Assembly (NCBI GenBank): GCA_002633005.1
Contig: NMRA01000473.1
Span: 1-64,000, forward strand
DNA: 64,000 nucleotides
Reading direction: 5' to 3'
From: Phoronis australis
Taxonomy: Eukaryota; Animalia; Phoronida
This document shows, one piece after another, positions 24,452 to 36,900 of this stretch (positions are counted from its first letter, which is position 1; each line of letters begins with the position of its first letter). The translations under genes and the position numbers were made by a program. Below the pieces are notes generated by a model that ran no database searches, had not been told where the DNA came from, and worked only from the letters and a program-made list of their open reading frames with translations.

Positions 24452-24782
24452 ACAGGCGGATTTAGGCGGGGGGGCAAGGCCTCTCCCCTTGGTTGCCGGA
24501 AAAAAATAAACCAGCCAGGTCGTGAGGAAATCTTGAGTTCATTAACTAATCCCGGTAATTAACATGCGGCTGAAACAAGATTTAACAATGTGTGCAGTTT
24601 CAGTTTGTGTGTGCGCGTGTGCGTGGCCCAGTTTCGTTGGTTTTTGTTAGTCGTGAACACCCTAAAAAATTTGAGTCCCCTCCCTTTGTTTTCGGCTGGG
24701 TGCGCCCACGCAATCGTGCTTTGCGCGGTTCCTCGAGACAAAATGTTGGGCCCCCCCTTATGATATCCTAGATACGCCACTG
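24452..24782. mobile_element. MITE-like element of a CAGTGGCGGATCTAG-terminal family
   Basis: Imperfect TIRs CAGGCGGATTTAGG / CCTAGATACGCCACTG; similar termini at about 8631 and 56499. Confidence 0.5.
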
Positions 24783-25126
24783 TTGTAATAGGTGTCAAGT
24801 ATAGTCGTGAATTGGCGACACCCTAGAGAATTTCTTCAATTAGGAGGCATGGCATCAGGAAATGATTCCATTTTATGGATTAAACAAATGGCTGAAACAT
24901 GGATGACGTAGGTGGATGCAGTATAGCCAGATGATAGAGTGCATAGAGGACGGTGAAAGAGGAAACGGGGAAAACGTGGAATGTTACTGGTAGAGAGTCG
25001 CCGCATACATCCTGCACCATGACTCCAGAACGTGGTCACTGCATGTGGTCGCTGTCAACTGTTTGCTAGTGAAATCGTGGTGTTTTACTCCTTGGCGTTG
25101 CAATACTTACTTGCCCTGTGAGTAAA

Positions 25127-25979
25127 CCCATACGAAAATATTCAATTCCTATAGGATCCTATAGGAATTCCTAGAGAAATTCCTATAAGAATTCCTACAG
25201 GAATATCGATTTCCTATAGGATTCCTGTAGGATCAAGATATCCTATAGGGATTCCTATTGAAAAAATCCTATATGAATTTAATCACAAATCTGCTTTCTA
25301 AGCATTTTAACAAACAAATAGCCTAAGAGTATATACTAAAATATCGATTTGTTTTTATCTAATTTCAGCTCTTCCGAGTCATTAATTTTTGTAAATTTTA
25401 ATATTCAGGCGAGTCTTAATATATGTATGTTAATTGCTTCTATTGAACTTCCTATGGAATCCTATTGAACTGTCTACTGGATATATTCAAGTCTTATACG
25501 AATTCCTATAGGGTTTCTCATAAGATATCCTAAAGGATTTCTATAGGCTTTCCTATTGGATGCTTTAGGAAATATTCTAGGATCCTATTGGATTTCCCAT
25601 AGGAATCCTATAGGATGTCCTACAAAAATCCTATAGGAAATCGTAAAGGATCCAATAGGAAATCCTATAGAAAGTTCCTATAGGATTCCTTAAGAAATTC
25701 TATAGGATTCCTGTAGGAAATCCTATACGATCCAATAGGAAATCCGATAGGACTCCTATAGGTAACCCTATAGAAAAGTCCTATAGGAAATCCTATTGGA
25801 TTCCTGTAGGAAATCCTATAGGATCCAATAGGAAATCCTGCAGGATTTCCTATAGGATCCTATAGTATTTCCTATAGGAGTCCTATAGGATTTCCTATAG
25901 GAAGTCGTTTCCTATAGAAAATCCTATAGAATTCCAATAAGATTTCCTATTGGATTCCTATAGGGATTTTTCGTAAGGG
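25127..25979. mobile_element. Non-autonomous TIR element with CCTATAGG subterminal arrays (CMC/EnSpm-like)
   Basis: TIR CCCATACGAAAA / TTTTCGTAAGGG, AA on both sides, dozens of palindromic CCTATAGG variants near both ends. Confidence 0.7.
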
Positions 25980-26843
25980 AAAGGACTTGGATTGTTGTTT
26001 GATTTGCCATTGTCTTAGAGGAGGTTGTCCCGTGTCTCCCCCTAAATCTACTTATGTTATTCGCCAATGTTTCCCCGCTGAGATTGGTCACAACAAATTG
26101 CTTGAAACTTTCTTGGCGGAGAAACTGCACTGACACTCTTAAACAGGCCTAATATTCGATAAACAGACTAAACTACAATATTAAAAGTGGTTCTCTGCAA
26201 CTGAAACAGAATTCAACCTGCTTACCACCTTTTCTTAGGGTTTGTTGTAAAGGTTTTTAATTTCTGTTGATATCGAAGCATTTTCTTTTAGTTTCAAATT
26301 TCAAAAATCGATCTGTCGAGTGCTCGCCACTAAGTCGATTTTTCTCCCGCAAGACAAAACACATCTCCTTATTTGGTATGGCAAGACATATAGACACAGC
26401 ACATTTCCCATATATGGAAAATGTGACCTCTGACCTCAAACGAACTCAAGCAACTGACTGGTGAGTGCAAAAGGGAGATCTAGAACCTCTGTAACAGTTT
26501 TCCCTTCAGTTATTTCAAAAATCGTGATTTTTTCTGGAAATTTCCTCACAAGGAAAGAGAATTACTGTGTACTAGAGGTTGTGAGATAGTACTTTCATCA
26601 CGAATTGCCTAAAATATATTTTTGATGAGCTTTCGCGTTCCACGCCACTTTAATGGGTGTGTAGTCTGAAGCAAAAGTGATCAGCCTGTCAGTTCTCCAA
26701 TCTAGAAGTTATATTAAGGAATATCAACGAAATGAGAAGACTTTTTACACTAACAGGCTTAAATCAAAAATTAATATTGACCGCGTGCAGGATTAATTAG
26801 CGCTCCCTTAAAATGATAAAGCTTACACAGGTGAAATGAAATT

Positions 26844-27311
26844 CATGACAGCGTTTTCCCGTTCAGTGACTTAACCAGACGTAGGGCCGGGGTGGTGAGC
26901 GTGTGATAACATCTAGCTTTTTTGATAACTGCCAAGCACAATCTTTCTTCTGTTATGACAACAGGCATGCCAATTAACTACCAGGTTTATTGCAGACTAC
27001 GTGTGAACACAGTCAAACTCAGAGTGAATTGGTGTATTCAGAAACAATAGATTGTCCTAACTTTGGTTGCATTTGGCATTCAAGAACTAAACATGATCAG
27101 AAATGCTATTATAACAACACAGCCAAGTCAGGGTAAATAGGATCTTATTGAAGATTAGAGCAATTATCGAACAAAAGAGAGCTGGCCCTCCAACCATAAA
27201 TGCCAGAATGGAGTTAGTCATGAAAGACATTGGCTACAGGCGTAAACTTTTTAACTTGTTGTTGGGCTATAGAATCAAACAAGTAGGGAGCAACGGGAAA
27301 ACGCCGTAATG
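26844..27311. mobile_element. About 0.5-kb unclassified TIR element, copy 1
   Basis: Termini CATGACAGCGTTTTCCC / GGGAAAACGCCGTAATG; second copy at 49092-49606. Confidence 0.7.
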
Positions 27312-27912
27312 TGTTATTTTGAGCCAACTGTTGTACCCCTACCAGGTAATTATGGCAAAATTATTCACTTGAAATGCAGTTTCATAACACACACCAGTTA
27401 TCAAAACGCCATACAAGAATGAGCTAAACAAAAAACGTACACCTGTAGCTATCTTTGTAGACAGATGCATATATTTACAGCCGAGGTAACACAGGTCCTC
27501 AGACAAAAGTAAGAGGCTTGACTAAAATTCATACAACCAACAGTTGACATTTAGCAATAAATTACACCCATGCATGCACGCATACACACACACCTTAGCC
27601 AAGACAATTTATGATCACCTCTTGCACACATTTTCTAAGGAGTGGGGATAAATGTCCATGCTGCTGCATGCCCACAAAACTTGGCAAGTATCCACAGAGA
27701 AGGGAAGTGAAACAGGGAGACCGAGGGAGGCTTGTAGTGTTTCATTTCGGTTAACCTTTGGGGGTTCCTCATAGTCTCATGCTTTGAAGGTTACATATAG
27801 CGCTTTGCTTCAGTATCACAAGAGAGTTTGGGGTTATCCACGAGGGATTATCCAGTAGTTCCGTGATCCAAGATCATAGTCAAGGTGTGGTAGGGGTAGA
27901 TCCGGATTAATG

Positions 27913-27930
27913 TTATGTGTCATGGCGATT
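27913..27930 (-). CDS. CATSPER1: CatSper1 probable last coding exon
   Basis: tttgttacag|AAT CGC CAT GAC ACA TAA (NRHDT*), phase 0. Confidence 0.55.
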   Translation of the reverse strand, partial: NRHDT

Positions 27931-30900
27931 CTGTAACAAAAATGCCAGGAAATAGCCATGGACAAGAAACACACTTCGTTTATGGTTCTTGTGCGCTTGT
28001 AAACTTTTAAAAGTAAAATGAACAAAAACTGTTCTTCATAATCATTTATGTTTTCTGTCTCACGGCATGGGCGGCGCAGCACTGAAAAAAATTGGGGCTA
28101 TAGCCCCCCCAACTACCCTGTGGTGCACTGCCCATAGACCATGGGCGGCGGCGCACTGAAAAAAAATCGTGGTCTATAGCCCCCCAGCCCCCTATGGTGT
28201 GCTGCCCATGCAAGGTGATTGAACTTTCAACATTGAATTTTCAAAAGCCGCTTTACACACGATTTAGAAATCACATTCAAGCCAGTTACCAGCAAATATT
28301 CAGAAATATTGATCCAAATCCTTACCAATACATTTATGATTCTGATAAACAAACATTGCAATGTTACAAAAATTGGTTCCCAGCATAAGAATATTGAATA
28401 ACTTACATTATCAACACACAAGTCAACTATAGCACGGATTGTCTCATACTCGTTCTTGTACAAGGAATGGTTGTATTCAAGTGACGTCAATATTTGGAAG
28501 TAGTATGTAATCACATCCAGTTCCCTAAATATAAAACGTTGGTCAAAGCTGTACAGTGGTAACATGTTGCAAACAGCAGTCACCCCAAATGATTGCACTC
28601 TGTTGACTATATTCAGCACATTAAGGTAACATGTTGCAAACAGAAGTCACCCCAAATGAATGCAGTCAGTTGACTACATTCAGCACATTAAGGTAACATG
28701 TTGCAAACAGCAGTCACCCCAAATGATTGCACTCAGTTGACTATATTCAGCACATTAAGGGACGTCATCAGTTCAACTAAAATGTGAAAATCAGTTCGAC
28801 ATGTAGCGAGGATTTTTTGTGAAAACCCAGTCTTTGTAACAGTTTTTGACGTATTAGAAAATGACCACTATTAAAATTTTTTCAAAATAGGAAATTTTGC
28901 TTTAATGAACATACAGAGCATGATATAGCTTCAACATTTCACTCTATAACTTTGAAAACAAGATCCAGATGGTCAAACTCAACAGACAAATGGAGATGTC
29001 CCACCTACATTTCGGTAAAAATACGAAGCATGAAGGTTCATTTAATTGATGAGATATCTCACAAGCAATAATTTATCGGAAGAAGTTTTATGCTTCTCAT
29101 CATGACCTTGAATAAAAGGTCAATGTTGACAAATTCAAGTAGTGCCTGAAAACTTCCTGCCTACATCGTGGGAGAATTTGAAAAAGAACAACTACTTCTT
29201 TCTTGAAACATCAATCCAATATTTTCCAAGTAAATAATTTTCTCATTCAAACCTTCAAAATTAAGTCAAGGTCACTAAAAATGCCTTGCAACTGGAGATG
29301 CCTCACCTACACCTCAGTAAAGAGCATGCATCAAAGTCTAAACTCCTCAGATTCCTTCTTGAGATATCGCATGAACATTTTTCCAAAGTCAAAACTCAAT
29401 TTTCTCGCTGTGACTTTCAAAATGAGGTCAGGGTTAGAGAAAGTGGAGTTGCTCCACTTAAACTTCATTATAAAATTTGAACATAATCTAAAGCTTCCTT
29501 TTGACATATATATTCTCAATATGACCTAGAAAATGATGTCAGTCATCAAAATCAATTTGCCACTTGGAAGTCGCTCACATACACTTCAGTAGAAATATTA
29601 AGCAAAACCTAAAGCTGCTTTCTAGAGATATTGTGCCAACTACATTGTGTGACAGTGGGCGACATCAATAAAAACGTCTTACGTACGCCTGCTTTAAGTG
29701 CGGGTAATACTCCTGAATTGGCCTTCTTGGAAACACAATGCGTTCTTGATCCAGACTCTCATATGAGACTGAAAAATAATTGTGCACAATGCTGTTATTG
29801 CCAGTGGCCATAGCGCTCTCAGTCAGATGTTATTGTTAGGGTACTTAAAATGACTACAATCATAAGATAAAAAACCAACAGAGTGTTTAAGCCAAATCCA
29901 ACTGCTGTTTGTAACCAAAAAAGACAACTTTTCACCAGTCTTAAGGATATGTACCACATCATCCACTGGTCTGTGTATTGCATGCTGGCAGCACAGTAAG
30001 GATATATACCACCTCATCCACTTGTCAGTGTATTGCATGCTGGCAGCACAGTAAGGACATGTACCACCTCATCCACTTGTCAGTGTATTGCATGCTGGCA
30101 GCACAGTAAGGACATGTACCACCTCATCCACTTGTCAGTGTATTGCATGCTGGCAGCACAGTAAGGATATGTACCACCTCATCCACTAATCTGTGTATTG
30201 CATGCTGGCAGCACAGTAAGGATATGTAGGACCTCATTCACCTATCTGTGGATTGCATGCTGGCAGCACAGTAAGGACATGTACCACCTCATCCACTAAT
30301 CTGTGTATTGCATGCTGGCAGCACAGTAAGGATATGTAGGACCTCATTCACCTATCTGTATATTGCATGCTGGCAGCACACTAAGGATATTTACCACGTC
30401 ATCCACTTGTCAGTGTATTTAGCCAAATACCAACAAACTGTAAATTTTAATTCTGAACTTTATATTTTGTGAAAGTAGAAAGCGTGTAGAAATTGATTTT
30501 TGACTTTTTATCAATCTGCTATTAATAGGGTTACATGACTGTTTTTTATTAATAAATTTAGCCAAAAACAATTCAAATGTACATCCATAGAAAAACAATG
30601 GTGTCAATTACGAAATGTAACAAAATCCCAAAAATGCTTTTTATGAAATTATATCATTTTCGTTTGACAGCACTTTTGAATTCTTGCATAAAAACCACAG
30701 AATACCCATTTGAATAGGTCCTAATGCAAAAGTGTAAAATGCGAAAAAACAATTCCCAACAGAGTTTTTTGAGAATGATGCATGAACATTTCACATGATA
30801 CCAAGCGACCTTTTCTGAGATGTGATGCTCCAAAGTTTGCCATCTTAAACTGAGCTTTATTTGTTACACTCCCGTGCTGTGGGTTGAGTTTCCACGATCA

Positions 30901-33900
30901 GGAACTCTGGTTACAGCTGTGTTATTAAAAGTTTGACAACTGATAGCAAGGGGAGAAATTTGGCAAACCAATGTTGACATAGTCCATCTCTAAGAAACAA
31001 TAAATAAATCTACTACTGGACTTACGTATGTAGAAATGGCTACGTTGCGTCCTCCTCTCGAGGACTTCATCAGGCCACTGAGTTGTCACGTGACTTGTCA
31101 TGTGATCCGTCGTGTAGTTTCCGCGGGATTCTCTTCAGCGCCCTATCCCATGTCCTAGGTAAGTGAAACCGCAGCCCTCCCTGTCTATTGAGGCTAGGAT
31201 TCTCGATTCTCTCGTAGATAGCTTCTTTGACCCCACTCCGAAACCAATTCTCTTCTCTATCCAGGATCTTCACATCTTCCATGGCGAAAGAGTGGTCCGC
31301 GGAAGCCATGTGAGAAAAAACTGCAGAATCATAGCAGTCCCCATAACTGGACCTCCGATGCTGGTTGAAACGACTTTTCAGGGCTTGCTTGATTTCCCCA
31401 ATGTATGCTGCTCCACACCCCAGTTCCGAGCATGAAATGTCATACACCACATTTGATGTTTTCTCTTTGCTGGTTTTGTCTTTCACATTTAACAATTGAC
31501 TCCTTATGGTGTTAACTCTTTCGCCATGGAAGATGTGAAGAACCTGGATAGAGAAGAGAACTGGTTTCGGAGAGGGGTCAAAGAAGCTATCTACGAGAGA
31601 ATCGAGAATCCTAGCCTCGATAGACAGGGGGGGCTGCGGTTTCACTTACCTAGGACATGGGATAGGGCGCTGAAGAGAATCCCGCGGAAACTACACGACG
31701 GATCACATGACAAGTCACGTGACAACTCAGTGGCCTGATGAAGTCCTCAAGAGGAGGACGCAACGTAGCCATCTCTACATACGTAAGTCCAGTAGTAGAT
31801 TTATTTATTGTTTCTTATATTGCCCAACTGGATGACTGAAAACATTCATCGTATAGTCCATCTCTCTCATTGTCTGCATTCATCTGATAGTGTTTTTACG
31901 AAATTCTATCATCAAAAAACTTTGAACGGAGAAAACGGTTGACTTGCAGAAAATTAAGCTTAACTTAAAAGTTCTGATTCCTCTGTGTGTCTTTTAGCTC
32001 TGAACCGCCTACTAACACACCATTGCACACCAACAAAATAGGCTTTATTGTCACGTTTAATCGAACGTGATTCTAGATATCAGATCGTGATATTGCAAAT
32101 TTCTTGGTTTTAACACTCCAGGAGAATGGTATATAATGCAAGTCTGTGAGGCCTTACATCTATTACCTTGGCACCACAAACCTAAGACTGAGTAAGCATA
32201 ATAATAATAAGTCAACATGTAACATTGCATGGCACAGAGTAAGTGTACGTAACTAACCGAAAAACCACCGGCTTTTATGTGCCCTTCATTGTACCATGCA
32301 AATTCAACATCATAATTGTAAACATTTAGTGTCACTGCACATATTAAAGGAGAATGCCACCCCATTTAATTATTCTTTTTTACTGTCTTAATTGGTCTAT
32401 ATCCACATCACCTCCTATACGGTCGATCTTACTCGCCGAGAGGTGTTGCGTTAACCTGTGAGGATTGAGAAACGATGCAGAAACGTCGGTGGTTCTTCTG
32501 CAGAGTGAGTGCCGCTATGGTGTGGTGTACCCTTCCTGCTTGTGCAAACTAAGAAGCTGTGACAAAAGTGGGTATATCATTTTCTCGAGCTAGCCCATAA
32601 TGGTTCGGAAGTGGCTCACGGTAGTGAAAAATGAAAAGTACGCCATTAATACCAAGTATGAGGCTGTGAAACTTCTCCGTGTCTGTCAGTGGCCTGCATT
32701 TCGTCGGATCAGTTGTTGATCAGTTTTTGATTATGGAGAATTGTAGTTGGCCATGAAAACATAAACAATTACAATTAATTCAAGGTGTGAGAACATACAG
32801 TTTTATATAACCTGTTTGATGACTGACTCGTTCGTGAGGCTTTTGTTTGGTCTTGGTGTAGGATATTTTCGCCAGTTCTTTTTCTCAGCCCTCTAAAAAC
32901 GTCGCAAGCACATCTCTGTTTAGATGCAGTGCAAATTCAGGATGGTTCGTGAGACATATTTACGCTTCTCCAAGAAGGCATTCCACCTGCGGAATTTCGT
33001 GGCACGGCAAACGCAAGCCTCAGTGGTTTCCATTATCATGCAGTTAGTGGCTGACACCACCGACTACTCATTCAAATGGTTTTTGGAACTATCCATATGT
33101 TCCGTTGTCTGTGTATGTTCACTGTGCCTCTCTATTATTTCTTGATCAGAGTATTCCGGTTAGAACTGATAGCCTGTGAAACCTAACGATAGAACTGTGA
33201 AGTCTTCATCGGATAAGACTCATCTAAGTCGGGACTGCGAGTTGCCACGTTGACGTTTACTATTATGCGTTCTGTTTTAAAATGAATTATTTTCACCGTA
33301 ACCAATGCCTGTGTAAAACTGAAACAAAGTGTGTCTCATGTAATGCCTTGGAGTGTTCATGAGTGCAAACGTTTTGAGAAACCAGCAATGAATAAATCAC
33401 TGCGTTATCGGTTTTAAATGCAATAAACTAATTGACCAGGCACCAAGGCCGTATGAGTGCATTCTAGCATGCTAATTCAGTGTTTGCTGACAGAAAGCTG
33501 TTGTGAAACAATAACTCGATTTTATATCTTATGGTCAGATGTTAGGGGAATCTTTATTTAGATATTCATATTTCACTCGTTAAATATATTTATGTGAGCA
33601 CATGGACCCGTCTTACTCCTTTTCCCCTCATCTAGGTCTATTCCATTATTCCCTTGTGTAGGACTACTCGTTGTTTTCCCAGCCTTCACATTGGTCTGTT
33701 GTTATCACGTGCCTTGAGTTTGGTCAGCTCTTGGCTCTTATAGGCTGATTGTCACGTGTCTTTAGGGGCGTTTTTCTTTGTTATTGTAACCTCGCTTTCA
33801 GTTCACTTTGTTCCGGCCACATTGTTGTACGTCAAAAACTCATTCATTTTCCCACCCTCTTCCTCCCAGTTTTCGTCATTCTCTCGTACTTCCACGTGGC

Positions 33901-36900
33901 CGGCGCTTTTCATTGCCCATCTTACCAGAGATTACTTGTTATAAATTATTTACCTGTACTCATTTTATTGTAATTGTACTAGTCATAATAAATGACCTTA
34001 TATCGCCTACCTCAGTCTCCTTTTCATCTCTGGTAACGAGCTTGCGACGCATGTATCATTTATCTATTATTCGGGACATATGTCAATCATAAATATTATG
34101 CGAATCTTTGTTACTGTACCACTTATGCCCTGACGGTTCTGTGGAAGGTTTACCTGACTTCGTTCGCAGCCTCCAACGAGCTAGTAAGTAGATTTGCAGT
34201 TTCGCAACTAATTCACCAAAATATCATGTGCACATTTTTTCTTTGGCTCGCTAATATAGTCTTTTCGTGACTGGTAGTTTAGTTTCCAAGTCGGCAGTTC
34301 AGCCGCGATGGGCCTGATCAGGTTCTAAGCCACTGACATTGATAGCAAGCATTTTGTGTGTTTAGAACTGAAAAAATTGCAAGTCTAAAATTACAACACA
34401 CAGCTATGTTCTCCTGTCTGTATTTCACGGATGAATAATTTGAATTTATCACCGAACAGACCCCAAACTCCCGCGACAGACCTTGGTAACTTGGCCTACC
34501 AAACTTTGTAGGCTACGGTACGTTCACATACCTAAAAATCCGTAACAGCAAAATAAAATACTGAACAAGTTTGTCCATCAACTCAATGTATTTGTAAGGG
34601 TTTTACATCGAATTTTGATGATTTATTGGTGTAAAACGATGAATTCAAGCGATAAGCTGACACCAGTAAGCGTGTTGTGAACTGATGAACAGACTGCATT
34701 CCAACCTCTGACGTCATTGGTTAATTTCAACATCTCCGTCTGCCGTCAGGTGCCAGGTAAAAAAGGTGTACTTGCTGTTATCGAGTGGAACTACTTGATC
34801 TAAACTGATAAAAACTAGGTTGTTTTTTTTTGGGTGGCATTCTCCTCTAATGACTTATAGGCCTAAATTGTATTACTTGCGGAATACCAATTGAGGCATA
34901 AACAGACATTTTGTGACCAGGTACTTAGCTGGCTATAGATACACCTACGACTAATAAATTTGGAAATTTGAAGTGAATTCTCCGCACCTTCAGAATCTGT
35001 TGAAGGCACAAACAGGTCATCTTGCTCATCGTCATGGTAATCTGTTTCTGCTGCGGCTTTCTGCAGAAACAACAAGATGGTCCCAGTTAAACTGTTCACG
35101 TACCATTAACCAAAATGAGAACAATGGAAGTCATCTGATAAGCATGTAACATTTCAAATACGAGAACTCAAAATTTAGAAACCGTTGGGCAGGAGTTTAA
35201 GCCCTCAACAGGTAAACCGTTGGGCAGGAGTTTAAGCCCTCAACAGGTAAACAAACAAATTTGACTGGACATTATACTATGCTTTCATGTTAACATTTCT
35301 ACCCAGAACCATGACACAACAACACTAGTTACAGGGTTCGTCAGAATACAATGTTCATTTTGGTCACAGTTTTTATTGAGTAATCCTTCAAAGATGATGA
35401 CAAAGTGGATCAACGATCCAGACATGTTTCATAATGTGTGTCATTTCACTTTTGTACCTAGAGCATTGAGCTCTTGAGTACTTACTTCAGAAAAATCAAA
35501 GAAAGACTAATTTAAGCAGCAATCAACCCTTCACACCTAAGAACGCCAAGTGAATATAAAGCACAAAGTGAGACATAGTATATTCAGGTCAAGTTAGCTA
35601 TATTTTTTATTATATGTTTAACATGTTCACTGATGAAGACTTGAGCACAAAACAATGTGTGACAGTATCAAAGTACTATGAAATTCACTGTCGCTAGTCA
35701 TAATGTCAAACTCTTTAAAATGTGAGAATGTGAAATATTTACCTTCTTTTTTCTAGACTTTTCTGCAGCTTCAAGTGTCAGTTGAAAGTTATCTACTAAA
35801 ACTGCAACAAAAAGACTGGAAAGAAATTTAAGTGATTGATATAACAATGCAATTAGTAGAGGAGGTGTGATACTGAACATTGTTTGAAGTAAACTCCATA
35901 CAGTTGAAGACACATAATGTAAAACTGACTGACTCGTCCACCAGATGGGAAAAAGCTGTGTTGTTATCAGTTTGACAGTGGCAAACCAATGTTTACACAG
36001 TCCAGCTCTCTTATTGTCTGCTTTCATCTGATAAGCTCAAGTAATACAGCAATTTTGTTGTAAACAGTGCACCTGACGCTAACCGATACTTAAAAAATAC
36101 TACTTGCTACTTGCAAACGACTTTCAACAAATGTCGTGAAGCAGAATGTGTTTTGTATGAAATACTTTCACCAAAAAACTTCGAATGGAGAAAAACGGTT
36201 GACTTTCAGAGAAATTAGAATGAACTTTCACCTGCTGGTTCTGTTGTGTGACTGTAAGCTCTGACCAGCTTAATTGCAGTATTATTTACCTACACAAAAG
36301 GCTTGCTTGACTGGTATAAGGGAGTGTGATTCTAGATTAGATCATGATAGCGGAAATTTCTTGGTTTTTACAATCCAGTTTCTGAAAGCACAACCAGCAA
36401 ACAGATTTTTAAGAAGCCAACTACTGAATACCAATATTCCTGTACATGTTGAAGTTATTTAACCCTCACAATTTTTGGATTGTTTCTAGTCAGATTGGAT
36501 TAAGAAGTGCTCGACTCAACGACACCATTAACAGAGTTTTGATTTCATGAACACCATATCAAACCTCATATCCCAGTCTTGTCACACATTTTTATCATTC
36601 TTGTAACATTTGTGAATTCCTTCTTTCACTCAGAGGTTTTACACCACATTATCTTCTGCACTATAAGCCCATGGTCTTGTTATTGGAGAGCTCCAAAACC
36701 GGGGTAGAAACATGTCCAGGTCTGGCTTATGGCGGGCATTTGCTACAAACAGGCTTGTACCACACATTCAATGAATGTGAACTGCCAGGATGTTTTTCAA
36801 GGCAGCTTTGCATTAGTTAGTCAAAAAAACAAAGTGCATGCAAGAGGGCATTGATTTGTGGTGACTGAGAGTCAACAATCAGTTGGGTGTATACATAAGA

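Noticed and set aside
27834-28082. ORF ending ...NYWIIPRG as the CatSper1 C-terminus
   Set aside because: The preceding exon ends in phase 0, giving NRHDT* from the acceptor at 27930; the longer frame is out of phase
29942-30418. CRISPR-like regular arrays (also 37628-39365 and 52976-53332)
   Set aside because: Units are contiguous with no unique spacers, there are no cas genes, and the context is eukaryotic
31070-31738. Overlapping bidirectional ORFs as a host gene pair
   Set aside because: A result of the inverted Penelope arms; truncated GIY-YIG only, no reverse transcriptase
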